Assembly: GCA_964016885.1 (NCBI GenBank)
Contig: OZ024745.1
Location: 30,628,001 to 30,692,000, forward strand
Source: Eledone cirrhosa
Lineage: Eukaryota
Direction: 5' to 3'
Length of the DNA: 64,000 bases
Below the pieces are notes generated by a model. It was given only the letters and a program-made list of their open reading frames with translations, had not been told where the DNA came from and did no database searches. The stretch's first letter is position 1, and every line of letters begins with the position of its first letter. The position numbers and the translations under genes are program-made. Positions 41,901 through 51,340 of the stretch are shown piece by piece.

Positions 41901-42326
41901 CCAGTCGCCCACTAACACTAAAGAGCGGGACGTTCCAAGAAAGGTCTCCAGACGCCGGAAGAAATCAGGCCGCCCTGCTCCTGTCGGGGCATAGACGGCC
42001 ACTAGCCTGAAAGCTTGCCCGTCTCCGCTGGTCACGTCCAGCACCACCAGCTTACCCTCTGGGTCCAGGAAGATGGCCCGTATGGCGAGATCCAAACCTC
42101 TCCGAAAAAGCACAGCAACTCCTCCACCGGATCCAGGACGGCTGGGAGATGCGTACACATCGAAGCCGCCGAAGATCGGTGCGAAGGCCCGTGCTTCGGA
42201 GATTCTGGTCTCGCTGATGGTCACTACATCTATGTTTAGTGACCTGAGGTCGTTGAGCAGGTGACCCTGCTTCCATGACGACCCCAAGCCACGCGCATTT
42301 ATGCTGCCTATTCTGAGTGAGGTCAT
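38907..42326 (-). CDS. LINE ORF2: APE endonuclease, reverse transcriptase and C-terminal Cys motif (1139 aa)
   Basis: SINARGL, SETR, GDWN, YLDRVF, TDH (APE); [39 protein letters not shown] (RT); GGLG; CPRC...HALVQC. Confidence 0.97.
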   Translation of the reverse strand: MTSLRIGSINARGLGSSWKQGHLLNDLRSLNIDVVTISETRISEARAFAPIFGGFDVYASPSRPGSGGGVAVLFRRGLDLAIRAIFLDPEGKLVVLDVTSGDGQAFRLVAVYAPTGAGRPDFFRRLETFLGTSRSLVLVGDWNGILDARWDCVGLADRGGGCKSLTNLLRRFELSDRYRLDFPNVPMWTWTNRIGSPRSYLDRVFCREIDRSSIGCPQFKIVSYTDHKFVICVLDLDRLHRRGPGYWKLNASLPARKAYRDRISELVKRALTGAIVNNKWWFALKRAIRIESIRFSKALAIEKNRAEGELVRKLDEALSKGIATDVLAAKLALDQFFNAKHEGCVVRARVRALRHEGTKAVQWARVAEARRGNKATIRSLVDHDGRMLLDPGQMCEAFQRHFAQLFGGSGGPGRGMDFSVYLDGLPRLSATEAKCCEKPITAAEVREAMTGCTRGKSPGLDGLPYELYVQMPDLFGGLLADVYCNWQQNGRIPSSVSRGAVALLRKDPNKGDNIDNFRPITLLNTEFKILAKVLAKRLALVVGGLVGEAQTCAIPDRSIHDNLHLMRYIVERVAREPGTGGSLINLDQSKAFDRVDHRYLAAVLRAAGFGPVFRGWIAAMHSDICSVVRVNGHLSEPFNIMRSVRQGCPLSSLLYVLTLEPLLHKLETLRGVPRELGCGRSVSAYADDVTVVVSNAKHIEAIGTTLREYEAVTGAMINQEKSVGLQLGTWRGRSMPSNSVVGRWTDGPVKLLGVWFGPDLQTDKNWDEVTSRVASLTQKWAERKLSLKGRAEVANAYIASVICYRLTVVPCPKPRLTALERLLFRFLWKGRAPMVRRSICCQHPLRGGLGMPWLMMRRHALRLRHLHLFLDGDQVWSPFARRVFPQLVSLTELQSWVKRRPRGSAWRLECLQALTALDQSGNVIGGNSTSAFYRGLVEGKSDDVLGETLGVDENQLANLFGRTFGPGPMDNFQKSLAWQCYRGALPVRDKLYRHGGAVSRACPRCAQGDETVLHALVQCPKIADLWVYVEHLLSRLGRIQLSSESIVRIAPPSSFSREGQAVFICLVAMAKEIVWWTRLKGLKTSTYLFGDALIDFFKFHLKRKIRVEKEVLSSQHFVERWVREARMARVNGPTLSIYL

Positions 42327-42361
42327 GTTTAAAATAGAGTGGAAAAGATGGGAAAGACCAC

Positions 42362-44455
42362 TTACCGTACTTTTGGTAGAGGAGGGATGGTTTTTACATC
42401 CCTTTTCACTTGATCGTCTGGTGAAGGGACCGTTGAATCGTCCCTTCGGCTGGTCGTCGGCTCTTCTAAGAGAATGTCTGAGTATACTCTTCGATTGATG
42501 GTTCCTCCTAGGTCCCTGAAATCACCAACTGCGTTGGGGAATTTCGTTTTAATGTTTGTGTATTGTTTCTGTGCTATTTTTAGCAGTCTTATGTTAGTTG
42601 GCGTTTTGATTGGTGCTGGTATTATGTAGTCCTGTTGTGAAATGTCTGTGTGTTCAATTATGTAAGTCATTAGTTTCTTGTTGTGTGTATTTATTGCCGT
42701 GCATTTGTTTTTCTGGGGGTGGGGTGTGGTTCTGCTATTTTCTTGTCGTTGTTGCTGGGTGTGTGTGTTTTGTTGTTGTGTTTGCGATGTTGGTGCTTGT
42801 GGTGGTGGTGTTGAAGGTGTTGTTGGCGGTGGGGTTGTCGCCGGTGGTGATGGTGGCGCTAGTGTGGGTGGTGATGGTGTTGGTGTTGTTGCTGCTGTGG
42901 GTCTCTTTGCAGTAGACTTTACCCTTTTCTCATTTCTTTCCTCCCTTTTCAAAGGCGACGATGCGCTGCTTCTGCGTTTGTGCCTTCTTGAGACCTTTTG
43001 CCATCCCTCTCCCACCTCACACTCCATGTCTGATTCTGTAAGGTCGGGGAGGGGTACCAGCTCCACTCTTTCACTTGTTGTTGTTGGTGATGTTTGCACT
43101 GGAGTCTCTGTTGCAGCTGCATTTGGTATTGCTGTTGTTGTTGTTAATATTTCCACTGCTGCTGCTGTCTTTGATTTCCGTGGAGTGGGTATGGGTGCCA
43201 CGGACCTATCGTTCCTGGTTGCCGCTTGTCCTGTTGCTGGTAGCCGTGGAACCGGATTCGGGAGGAGGGGGGTTTTCTCCTTTCTCAGGGTCTTCTCGTT
43301 GCAGAAGGCCCTGAGGTGAGTCTTCGATCCACAGCGAAAGCATTTCGGGCGTTTGCCCTCAACACTTATGGGCAGTTGAGTGCCGTTATCGAAGTCTATC
43401 ACATCCGGGATAGCTTCGATGCACTCCTGGTTGGTTTGGATTAGCATCTCAATGGAGGAGCCGACCCAATCTTCTCTTACTTTTTTCTGTACTTGCAGTA
43501 CAGTTGTTTTGTCCTCGATTCCGACGAGGACAGACGCGGCCAGCCAAGAAGGGGTCATTCCGGGGGGGACGTGGGTCAGTTTGACCCTCACAATTTTTTG
43601 CCCGCAGTAGGAGGGCACCAACACCATTTCCTCGCTCCTTAGGGTCACTACTGATTGGGCCTTTGCCTCCTGGGGTGTGGCAAAAAGTACGTCTACGGTG
43701 GCGTATTTTTTGCCTCGGGTGATGTGCGTTTTCCTCTGCCACACAGACCCCAAGGCTTTTTGTATTTGGGCCTCTGTGGCTCTTTCCACCCTACGGGATT
43801 TTGTACTTACTGTACGGTACGTGACCGTACAGTGCTCTTGGGTTTCGAAAAAATTTTTCGCTGCCTTGCAGATTGCTCGGTGTCCGTTCTTTGTCACCAT
43901 CTTCTTCGCTTCCTCTAATTCCTCATTTGTTATGAGGATTGTTTCCAGGTTTTTCGCAATACCTGCAAATGAGATTGGTTTTTCTCTGCTGTTGTTGTTG
44001 TCGTCAGAGCTGCTGGTACTTTTGTTGTTGCTGCAGGTACTACGACTACTGCCTCCGCCGCTGTTGCTGTGGTTGTTGTTGGTGTTGCTGCTGCTAATGC
44101 TGTTGTTGTTTATGCTGCTGGTGATGCTGTTGCGGCTGCTACTGTTGTTTTCATTGTCACTGTTGCTGTTGTTATTACGGCTGCTACTGCTATTATTCCT
44201 GACGTCAGACGAATGAACTGGGTTTTCGTATTTCCCGCACACCTGTTTCGTCGCTGTCGTCGTCGTGGAGAAACCTTGCACGCTTTGCACGAGACTTTTC
44301 TTTTCTTTCGTCACTTGCGAAAGAGAAGGGAGGGAGAGAGACACATTTAAAGAAGGGAGGGAGAGAGACAATCTTCTCTCTGCTGTAGTGATGATTGAGG
44401 AAGAAGAAGACGGAATGAATGGGAGTGACGTATGAAATTTCTTTTTCGTAGCCAT
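42362..44455 (-). CDS. LINE ORF1 protein (697 aa)
   Basis: As D1 ORF1; CCHC knuckle. Confidence 0.9.
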   Translation of the reverse strand: MATKKKFHTSLPFIPSSSSSIITTAERRLSLSLPSLNVSLSLPSLSQVTKEKKSLVQSVQGFSTTTTATKQVCGKYENPVHSSDVRNNSSSSRNNNSNSDNENNSSSRNSITSSINNNSISSSNTNNNHSNSGGGSSRSTCSNNKSTSSSDDNNNSREKPISFAGIAKNLETILITNEELEEAKKMVTKNGHRAICKAAKNFFETQEHCTVTYRTVSTKSRRVERATEAQIQKALGSVWQRKTHITRGKKYATVDVLFATPQEAKAQSVVTLRSEEMVLVPSYCGQKIVRVKLTHVPPGMTPSWLAASVLVGIEDKTTVLQVQKKVREDWVGSSIEMLIQTNQECIEAIPDVIDFDNGTQLPISVEGKRPKCFRCGSKTHLRAFCNEKTLRKEKTPLLPNPVPRLPATGQAATRNDRSVAPIPTPRKSKTAAAVEILTTTTAIPNAAATETPVQTSPTTTSERVELVPLPDLTESDMECEVGEGWQKVSRRHKRRSSASSPLKREERNEKRVKSTAKRPTAATTPTPSPPTLAPPSPPATTPPPTTPSTPPPQAPTSQTQQQNTHTQQQRQENSRTTPHPQKNKCTAINTHNKKLMTYIIEHTDISQQDYIIPAPIKTPTNIRLLKIAQKQYTNIKTKFPNAVGDFRDLGGTINRRVYSDILLEEPTTSRRDDSTVPSPDDQVKRDVKTIPPLPKVR

Positions 44456-44691
44456 GTTGTTTTTTGTTTAAAATGAAATTTTGGGTACAAAACCCCAATA
44501 ACTGGTTATTTAACCCCGAAGGGCCAAATAACGGACAGAAAGACCCTTCTCACGAGGAGGAGGGTGTCTTTATCAACAATTTGGTTCAAGTTTTAAACAA
44601 TTTACAATTGTTTTAACGGTTAAAAATTACTATACCTTACAGAGCCGAGCCTCCGTCAACCATGGCATTCAATAATAATAATAATAATAAA

Positions 44692-44730
<39 letters not shown>

Positions 44731-44735
44731 AAAAG

Positions 44736-44768
<33 letters not shown>

Positions 44769-44888
44769 TATACATACATATATATATACACATATATACA
44801 CACACACATACATACATATACATACATATATACACACACACATACATACACATACACTCACACATATATACACACATACATTAATAAC

Positions 44889-44938
<50 letters not shown>

Positions 44939-45199
44939 TTTCTTTATTAACCACAAGGGTTTACATAAAGTAGACATTAAGGACAGTGCAGGACAATGCA
45001 GGACGGTACAAATGGGCATTTCTGCGTGTAAAAAAAACAAAAATAGAGGATGTAACAAAAATAACAATGAAAATAACAATGAAAAATTCCCCAATAGGGG
45101 GGAGACTTCGGAGGGACATTTGTGGAGAAAGCCCAGTAAAAAGCCACAATGACCCTGACCACCAAGGCAAGTGCCCTCTCCCAGTTTTCCACCTTTAGT

Positions 45200-48100
45200 T
45201 TACAGATATATACTCAGAGTCGGCCCATTCACTCGGGCCATTCTTGCTTCTCTCACCCATCTTTCAACAAAATGCTGGGAAGAGAGCACTTCCTTCTCTA
45301 CTCTGATTTTCCTTTTCAAATGAAATTTGAAAAAGTCAATCAGAGCATCACCGAAGAGGTAAGTGCTCGTCTTCAGCCCTTTCAAACGTGTCCACCATAC
45401 TATCTCTTTCGCCATGGCCACCAGACAGATAAAAACTGCCTGCCCTTCCCGGCTAAAGGAGGAGGGCGGGGCAATCCTCACGATAGACTCAGATGATAGC
45501 TGGATCCGTCCTAAACGCGACAGCAGGTGTTCGACATAAACCCACAAGTCAGCAATTTTCGGACACTGGACGAGTGCGTGCAGGACGGTTTCGTCGCTCT
45601 GCGCGCATCTCGGACATGCCCGGCTGACGGCACCTCCATGCCTGTAGAGTTTATCCCGAACTGGCAAGGCTCCTCGGTAGCACTGCCAGGCCAGAGATTT
45701 CTGGAAGTTGTCCATAGGCCCCGGCCCGAAAGTTCTTCCGAAGAGATTGGCTAGTTGATTTTCGTCGACGCCTAGAGTTTCCCCAAGTACGTCGTCGCTC
45801 TTCCCCTCCACTAATCCTCTATAGAACGCCGAGGTGGAGTTTCCACCGATCACATTGCCCGATTGGTCGAGGGCTGTGAGCGCCTGAAGACATTCCAGTC
45901 TCCAGGCGCTCCCTCTCGGTCTTCGCTTGACCCAGGACTGCAGCTCCGTCAAGGAAACGAGCTGGGGAAAAACGCGTCTAGCAAACGGCGACCACACCTG
46001 ATCACCGTCGAGGAAGAGGTGGAGATGTCGTAGCCTGAGCGCGTGCCTGCGCATCATCAGCCACGGCATGCCCAGCCCTCCACGTAGCGGGTGTTGACAA
46101 CAGATGGACCGCCTGACCATCGGAGCACGTCCCTTCCACAAAAAGCGAAAGAGCAAACGCTCCAGCGCAGTCAGGCGAGGCTTAGGACAAGGTACGACGG
46201 TTAGGCGGTAGCAGATGACAGACGCGATGTACGCGTTAGCCACCTCCGCTCGACCTTTCAGGGATAGCTTCCTCTCCGCCCATTTCTGGGTGAGAGAAGC
46301 CACCCTGCTCGTCACCTCGTCCCAGTTTTTGTCCGTCTGGAGGTCCGGACCGAACCAGACCCCTAGTAATTTAACCGGTCCGTCCGTCCAGCGCCCGACG
46401 ACGCTGTTGGACGGCATGGACCTGCCTCTCCAGGTGCCGAGCTGCAGGCCCACTGACTTTTCCTGGTTGATCATTGCTCCTGTCACCGCTTCGTATTCTC
46501 TTAGTGTAGTGCCGATCGCCTCGATGTGTTTGGCGTTCGACACCACTACGGTGACATCGTCCGCATATGCTGACACGGATCTTCCGCATCCTAGTTCGCG
46601 CGGGACTCCCCTCAACGTCTCCAGTTTGTGCAGTAATGGCTCGAGAGTCAATACGTACAAGAGGGACGAGAGGGGACATCCTTGGCGGACCGAGCGCATG
46701 ATGTTGAACGGTTCCGACAGGTGACCGTTCACTCTCACCACAGAGCAGATGTCGCTGTGCATGGCAGCGATCCAGCCTCTGAAGACGGGCCCAAAGCCAG
46801 CCGCCCTCAGGACTGCCGCTAGGTAACGATGGTCGACCCTATCGAAAGCTTTCGACTGATCTAAATTGATCAAGGACCCACCCGTGCCAGGTTCCCTAGC
46901 TACCCTCTCTACGATGTATCGCATGAGGTGGAGGTTGTCGTGGATGGATCTGTCGGGAATGGCGCATGTCTGCGCCTCTCCCACCAGACCACCAACGACA
47001 AGCGCCAACCTCTTTGCTAGCACCTTGGCCAAAATCTTAAACTCTGTGTTTAGCAGAGTTATGGGCCGGAAATTGTCTATGTTATCCCCCTTGTTCGGAT
47101 CCTTTCTCAGCAGTGCCACCGCTCCTCGGCTCACAGAACTGGGAATTCTCCCGTTCTGTTGCCAGTTGCAGTAGACGTCCGCCAAGAGGCCTCCGAACAA
47201 GTCTGGCATCTGTACGTAAAGTTCATAGGGCAGACCATCCAAACCAGGCGATTTACCCCTTGTGCAGCCAGTCATTGCCTCCCTTACTTCAGCGGCTGTT
47301 ATCGGCTTTTCGCAACACTTCGCCTCAGTGGCCGAGAGCCGCGGCAGTCCGTCGAGGTAGACACTAAAGTCCATCCCTCTACCCGGCCCACCGCTGCCCC
47401 CGAACAGCTGAGCGAAGTGTCGCTGAAAAGCTTCACACATTTGCCCGGGATCGAGTAGCATGCGCCCGTCGTGGTCCACCAAAGACCGGATCGTGGCTTT
47501 GTTGCCACGACGCGCCTCCGCCACTCGGGCCCATTGAACGGCTTTCGTCCCCTCGTGTCTGAGAGCACGCACCCTAGCTCTGACAACGCAGCCTTCGTGC
47601 TTTGCATTGAAGAATTGGTCAAGGGCCAATTTCGCCGCAAGCACGTCGGTCGCAATGCCTTTGCTAAGCGCCTCGTCTAATTTTCTAACTAGTTCTCCCT
47701 CTGCTCTATTTTTCTCTATTGCTAAAGCCTTACTAAACCTAATCGATTCTATTCTAATCGCTCTTTTCAGAGCAAACCACCACTTGTTGTTGACGATGGC
47801 CCCCGTCAACGCCCGCTTAACTAGTTCGCTAATCCGGTCTCTGTAGGCCTTGCGCGCTGGTAAGGACGCGTTTAGCTTCCAGTAGCCGGGTCCTCGTCTA
47901 TGAAGCCTATCTAAGTCAAGCACACAGATCACGAATTTGTGGTCCGTGTAGCTGACTATCTTGAATTGTGGACAGCCTATGCTAGACCTATCTATTTCCC
48001 TACAAAATACTCTATCTAGATATGATCTGGATGACCCTATGCGGTTTGTCCAAGTCCACATTGGCACATTCGGGAAATCCAATCGGTACCTGTCAGACAG

Positions 48101-48619
48101 TTCAAAACGCCTGAGCAGGTTGGTGAGGCTCTTGCACCCTCCACCCCTATCCGCTAATCCCACACAGTCCCAGCGTGCATCTAAGATCCCGTTCCAGTCG
48201 CCCACTAACACTAAAGAGCGCGACGTTCCAAGAAAGGTCTCCAGACGCCGGAAGAAATCAGGCCGCCCTGCTCCTGTCGGGGCATAGACGGCCACTAGCC
48301 TGAAAGCTTGCCCGTCTCCGCTGGTCACGTCCAGCACCACCAGCTTACCCTCTGGGTCCAGGAAGATGGCCCGTATGGCGAGATCCAAACCTCTCCGAAA
48401 AAGCACAGCAACTCCTCCACCCGATCCAGGACGGCTGGGAGATGCGTACACATCGTAGCCGCCGAAGATCGGTGCGAAGGCCCGTGCTTCGGAGATTCTG
48501 GTCTCGCTGATGGCCACTACATCTATGTTTAGTGACCTGAGGTCGTTGAGCAGGTGACCCTGCTTCCATGACGACCCCAAGCCACGCGCATTTATGCTGC
48601 CTATTCTGAGTGAGGTCAT
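45200..48619 (-). CDS. LINE ORF2: APE-RT (1139 aa)
   Basis: Same motifs as 38907-42326, uninterrupted. Confidence 0.97.
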   Translation of the reverse strand: MTSLRIGSINARGLGSSWKQGHLLNDLRSLNIDVVAISETRISEARAFAPIFGGYDVYASPSRPGSGGGVAVLFRRGLDLAIRAIFLDPEGKLVVLDVTSGDGQAFRLVAVYAPTGAGRPDFFRRLETFLGTSRSLVLVGDWNGILDARWDCVGLADRGGGCKSLTNLLRRFELSDRYRLDFPNVPMWTWTNRIGSSRSYLDRVFCREIDRSSIGCPQFKIVSYTDHKFVICVLDLDRLHRRGPGYWKLNASLPARKAYRDRISELVKRALTGAIVNNKWWFALKRAIRIESIRFSKALAIEKNRAEGELVRKLDEALSKGIATDVLAAKLALDQFFNAKHEGCVVRARVRALRHEGTKAVQWARVAEARRGNKATIRSLVDHDGRMLLDPGQMCEAFQRHFAQLFGGSGGPGRGMDFSVYLDGLPRLSATEAKCCEKPITAAEVREAMTGCTRGKSPGLDGLPYELYVQMPDLFGGLLADVYCNWQQNGRIPSSVSRGAVALLRKDPNKGDNIDNFRPITLLNTEFKILAKVLAKRLALVVGGLVGEAQTCAIPDRSIHDNLHLMRYIVERVAREPGTGGSLINLDQSKAFDRVDHRYLAAVLRAAGFGPVFRGWIAAMHSDICSVVRVNGHLSEPFNIMRSVRQGCPLSSLLYVLTLEPLLHKLETLRGVPRELGCGRSVSAYADDVTVVVSNAKHIEAIGTTLREYEAVTGAMINQEKSVGLQLGTWRGRSMPSNSVVGRWTDGPVKLLGVWFGPDLQTDKNWDEVTSRVASLTQKWAERKLSLKGRAEVANAYIASVICYRLTVVPCPKPRLTALERLLFRFLWKGRAPMVRRSICCQHPLRGGLGMPWLMMRRHALRLRHLHLFLDGDQVWSPFARRVFPQLVSLTELQSWVKRRPRGSAWRLECLQALTALDQSGNVIGGNSTSAFYRGLVEGKSDDVLGETLGVDENQLANLFGRTFGPGPMDNFQKSLAWQCYRGALPVRDKLYRHGGAVSRACPRCAQSDETVLHALVQCPKIADLWVYVEHLLSRLGRIQLSSESIVRIAPPSSFSREGQAVFICLVAMAKEIVWWTRLKGLKTSTYLFGDALIDFFKFHLKRKIRVEKEVLSSQHFVERWVREARMARVNGPTLSIYL

Positions 48620-48654
48620 GTTTAAAATAGAGTGGAAAAGATGGGAAAGACCAC

Positions 48655-50739
48655 TTACCGTATTTTTGGTAGAGGAGGGATGGTTTTTACATCCCTTTTC
48701 ACTTGATCGTCTGGTGAAGGGACCGTTGAATCGTCCCTTCGGCTGGTCGTCGGCTCTTCTAAGAGAATGTCTGAATATACTCTTCGATTAATGGTTCCTC
48801 CTAGGTCCCTGAAATCACCAACTGCGTTGGGGAATTTCGTTTTAATGTTTGTGTATTGTTTCTGTGCTATTTTTAGCAGTCTTATGTTAGTTGGCGTTTT
48901 GATTGGTGCTGGTATTATGTAGTCCTGTTGTGAAATGTCTGTGTGTTCAATTATGTAAGTCATTAGTTTCTTGTTGTGTGTGTTTATTGCCGTGCATTTG
49001 TTTTTCTGGGGGTGGGGTGTGGTTCTGCTATTTTCTTGTCGTTGTTGCTGGGTGTGTGTGTTTTGTTGTTGTGTTTGCGATGTTGGTGCTTGTGGTGGTG
49101 GTGTTGAAGGTGTTGTTGGCGGTGGGGTTGTCGCCGGTGGTGATGGTGGTGCTGGTGTGGGTGGTGATGGTGTTGGTGGTGTTGCTGCTGTGGGTCTCTT
49201 TGCAGTAGACTTTACCCTTTTCTCATTTCTTTCCTCCCTTTTCAAAGGCGACGATGCGCTGCTTCTGCGTTTGTGCCTTCTTTGCCATCCCTCTCCCACC
49301 TCACACTCCATGTCTGATTCTGTAAGGTCGGGGAGGGGTACCAGCTCCACTCTTTCACTTGTTGTTGTTGGTGATGTTTGCACTGGAGTCTCTGTTGCAG
49401 CTGCATTTGGTATTGCTGTTGTTGTTGTTAATATTTCCACTGCTGCTGCTGTCTTTGATTTCCGTGGAGTGGGTATGGGTGCCACGGACCTATCGTTCCT
49501 GGTTGCCGCTTGTCCTGTTGCTGGTAGCCGTGGAACCGGATTCGGGAGGAGGGGGGTTTTCTCCTTTCTCAGGGTCTTCTCGTTGCAGAAGGCCCTGAGG
49601 TGAGTCTTCGATCCACAGCGAAAGCATTTCGGGCGTTTGCCCTCAACACTTATGGGCAGTTGAGTGCCGTTATCGAAGTCTATCACATCCGGGATAGCTT
49701 CGATGCACTCCTGGTTGGTTTGGATTAGCATCTCAATGGAGGAGCCGACCCAATCTTCTCTTACTTTTTTCTGTACTTGCAGTACAGTTGTTTTGTCCTC
49801 GATTCCGACGAGGACAGACGCGGCCAGCCAAGAAGGGGTCATTCCGGGGGGGACGTGGGTCAGTTTGACCCTCACAATTTTTTGCCCGCAGTAGGAGGGC
49901 ACCAACACCATTTCCTCGCTCCTTAGGGTCACTACTGATTGGGCCTTTGCCTCCTGGGGTGTGGCAAAAAGTACGTCTACGGTGGCGTATTTTTTGCCTC
50001 GGGTGATGTGCGTTTTCCTCTGCCACACAGACCCCAAGGCTTTTTGTATTTGGGCCTCTGTGGCTCTTTCCACCCTACGGGATTTTGTACTTACTGTACG
50101 GTACGTGACCGTACAGTGCTCTTGGGTTTCGAAAAAATTTTTCGCTGCCTTGCAGATTGCTCGGTGTCCGTTCTTTGTCACCATCTTCTTCGCTTCCTCT
50201 AATTCCTCATTTGTTATGAGGATTGTTTCCAGGTTTTTCGCAATACCTGCAAATGAGATTGGTTTTTCTCTGCTGTTGTTGTTGTCGTCAGAGCTGCTGG
50301 TACTTTTGTTGTTGCTGCAGGTACTACGACTACTGCCTCCGCCGCTGTTGCTGTGGTTGTTGTTGGTGTTGCTGCTGCTAATGCTGTTGTTGTTTATGCT
50401 GCTGGTGATGCTGTTGCGGCTGCTACTGTTGTTTTCATTGTCACTGTTGCTGTTGTTATTACGGCTGCTACTGCTATTATTCCTGACGTCAGACGAATGA
50501 ACTGGGTTTTCGTATTTCCCGCACACCTGTTTCGTCGCTGTCGTCGTCGTGGAGAAACCTTGCACGCTTTGCACGAGACTTTTCTTTTCTTTCGTCACTT
50601 GCGAAAGAGAAGGGAGGGAGAGAGACACATTTAAAGAAGGGAGGGAGAGAGACAATCTTCTCTCTGCTGTAGTGATGATTGAGGAAGAAGAAGACGGAAT
50701 GAATGGGAGTGACGTATGAAATTTCTTTTTCGTAGCCAT
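48655..50739 (-). CDS. LINE ORF1 protein (694 aa)
   Basis: As D1 and D2 ORF1. Confidence 0.9.
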   Translation of the reverse strand: MATKKKFHTSLPFIPSSSSSIITTAERRLSLSLPSLNVSLSLPSLSQVTKEKKSLVQSVQGFSTTTTATKQVCGKYENPVHSSDVRNNSSSSRNNNSNSDNENNSSSRNSITSSINNNSISSSNTNNNHSNSGGGSSRSTCSNNKSTSSSDDNNNSREKPISFAGIAKNLETILITNEELEEAKKMVTKNGHRAICKAAKNFFETQEHCTVTYRTVSTKSRRVERATEAQIQKALGSVWQRKTHITRGKKYATVDVLFATPQEAKAQSVVTLRSEEMVLVPSYCGQKIVRVKLTHVPPGMTPSWLAASVLVGIEDKTTVLQVQKKVREDWVGSSIEMLIQTNQECIEAIPDVIDFDNGTQLPISVEGKRPKCFRCGSKTHLRAFCNEKTLRKEKTPLLPNPVPRLPATGQAATRNDRSVAPIPTPRKSKTAAAVEILTTTTAIPNAAATETPVQTSPTTTSERVELVPLPDLTESDMECEVGEGWQRRHKRRSSASSPLKREERNEKRVKSTAKRPTAATPPTPSPPTPAPPSPPATTPPPTTPSTPPPQAPTSQTQQQNTHTQQQRQENSRTTPHPQKNKCTAINTHNKKLMTYIIEHTDISQQDYIIPAPIKTPTNIRLLKIAQKQYTNIKTKFPNAVGDFRDLGGTINRRVYSDILLEEPTTSRRDDSTVPSPDDQVKRDVKTIPPLPKIR

Positions 50740-50954
50740 GTTGTTTTTTGTTTAAAATGAAATTTTGGGTACAAAACCCCAATAACTGGTTATTTAACCC
50801 CGAAGGGCCAAATAACGGACAGAAAGACCCTTCTCACGAGGAGGAGGGTGTCTTTATCAACAATTTGGTTCAAGTTTTAAACAATTTACAATTGTTTTAA
50901 CGGTTAAAAATTACTATACCTTACAGAGCCGAGCCTCCGTCAACCATGGCATTC

Positions 50955-50975
50955 AATAATAATAATAATAATAAA

Positions 50976-51013
<38 letters not shown>

Positions 51014-51018
51014 AAAAG

Positions 51019-51051
<33 letters not shown>

Positions 51052-51171
51052 TATACATACATATATATATACACATATATACACACACACATACATACAT
51101 ATACATACATATATACACACACACATACATACACATACACTCACACATATATACACACATACATTAATAAC

Positions 51172-51223
<52 letters not shown>

Positions 51224-51302
51224 GCAATAATAATAATAACGACAACAACTATAATAATATACATATTCATATATATATACACACACACGCACGCACATAA
51301 GC

Positions 51303-51340
<38 letters not shown>

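Larger units (their letters stand above)
38645..44670 (-). mobile_element. Full-length intact Tx1/L1-type LINE, array copy D2
   Basis: 5'UTR, ORF1, ORF2, 3'UTR with AATAAA then (ATT)n. Confidence 0.97.
44937..50954 (-). mobile_element. Full-length intact Tx1/L1-type LINE, array copy D3
   Basis: As D2; 9-bp in-frame deletion in ORF1. Confidence 0.97.

Noticed and set aside
36326-50634. Hydrophobic plus-strand ORFs antisense to Tx1 ORF1/ORF2
   Set aside because: Shadow frames of AAC/ACC-rich low-complexity coding sequence; their repetition reflects the triplication.
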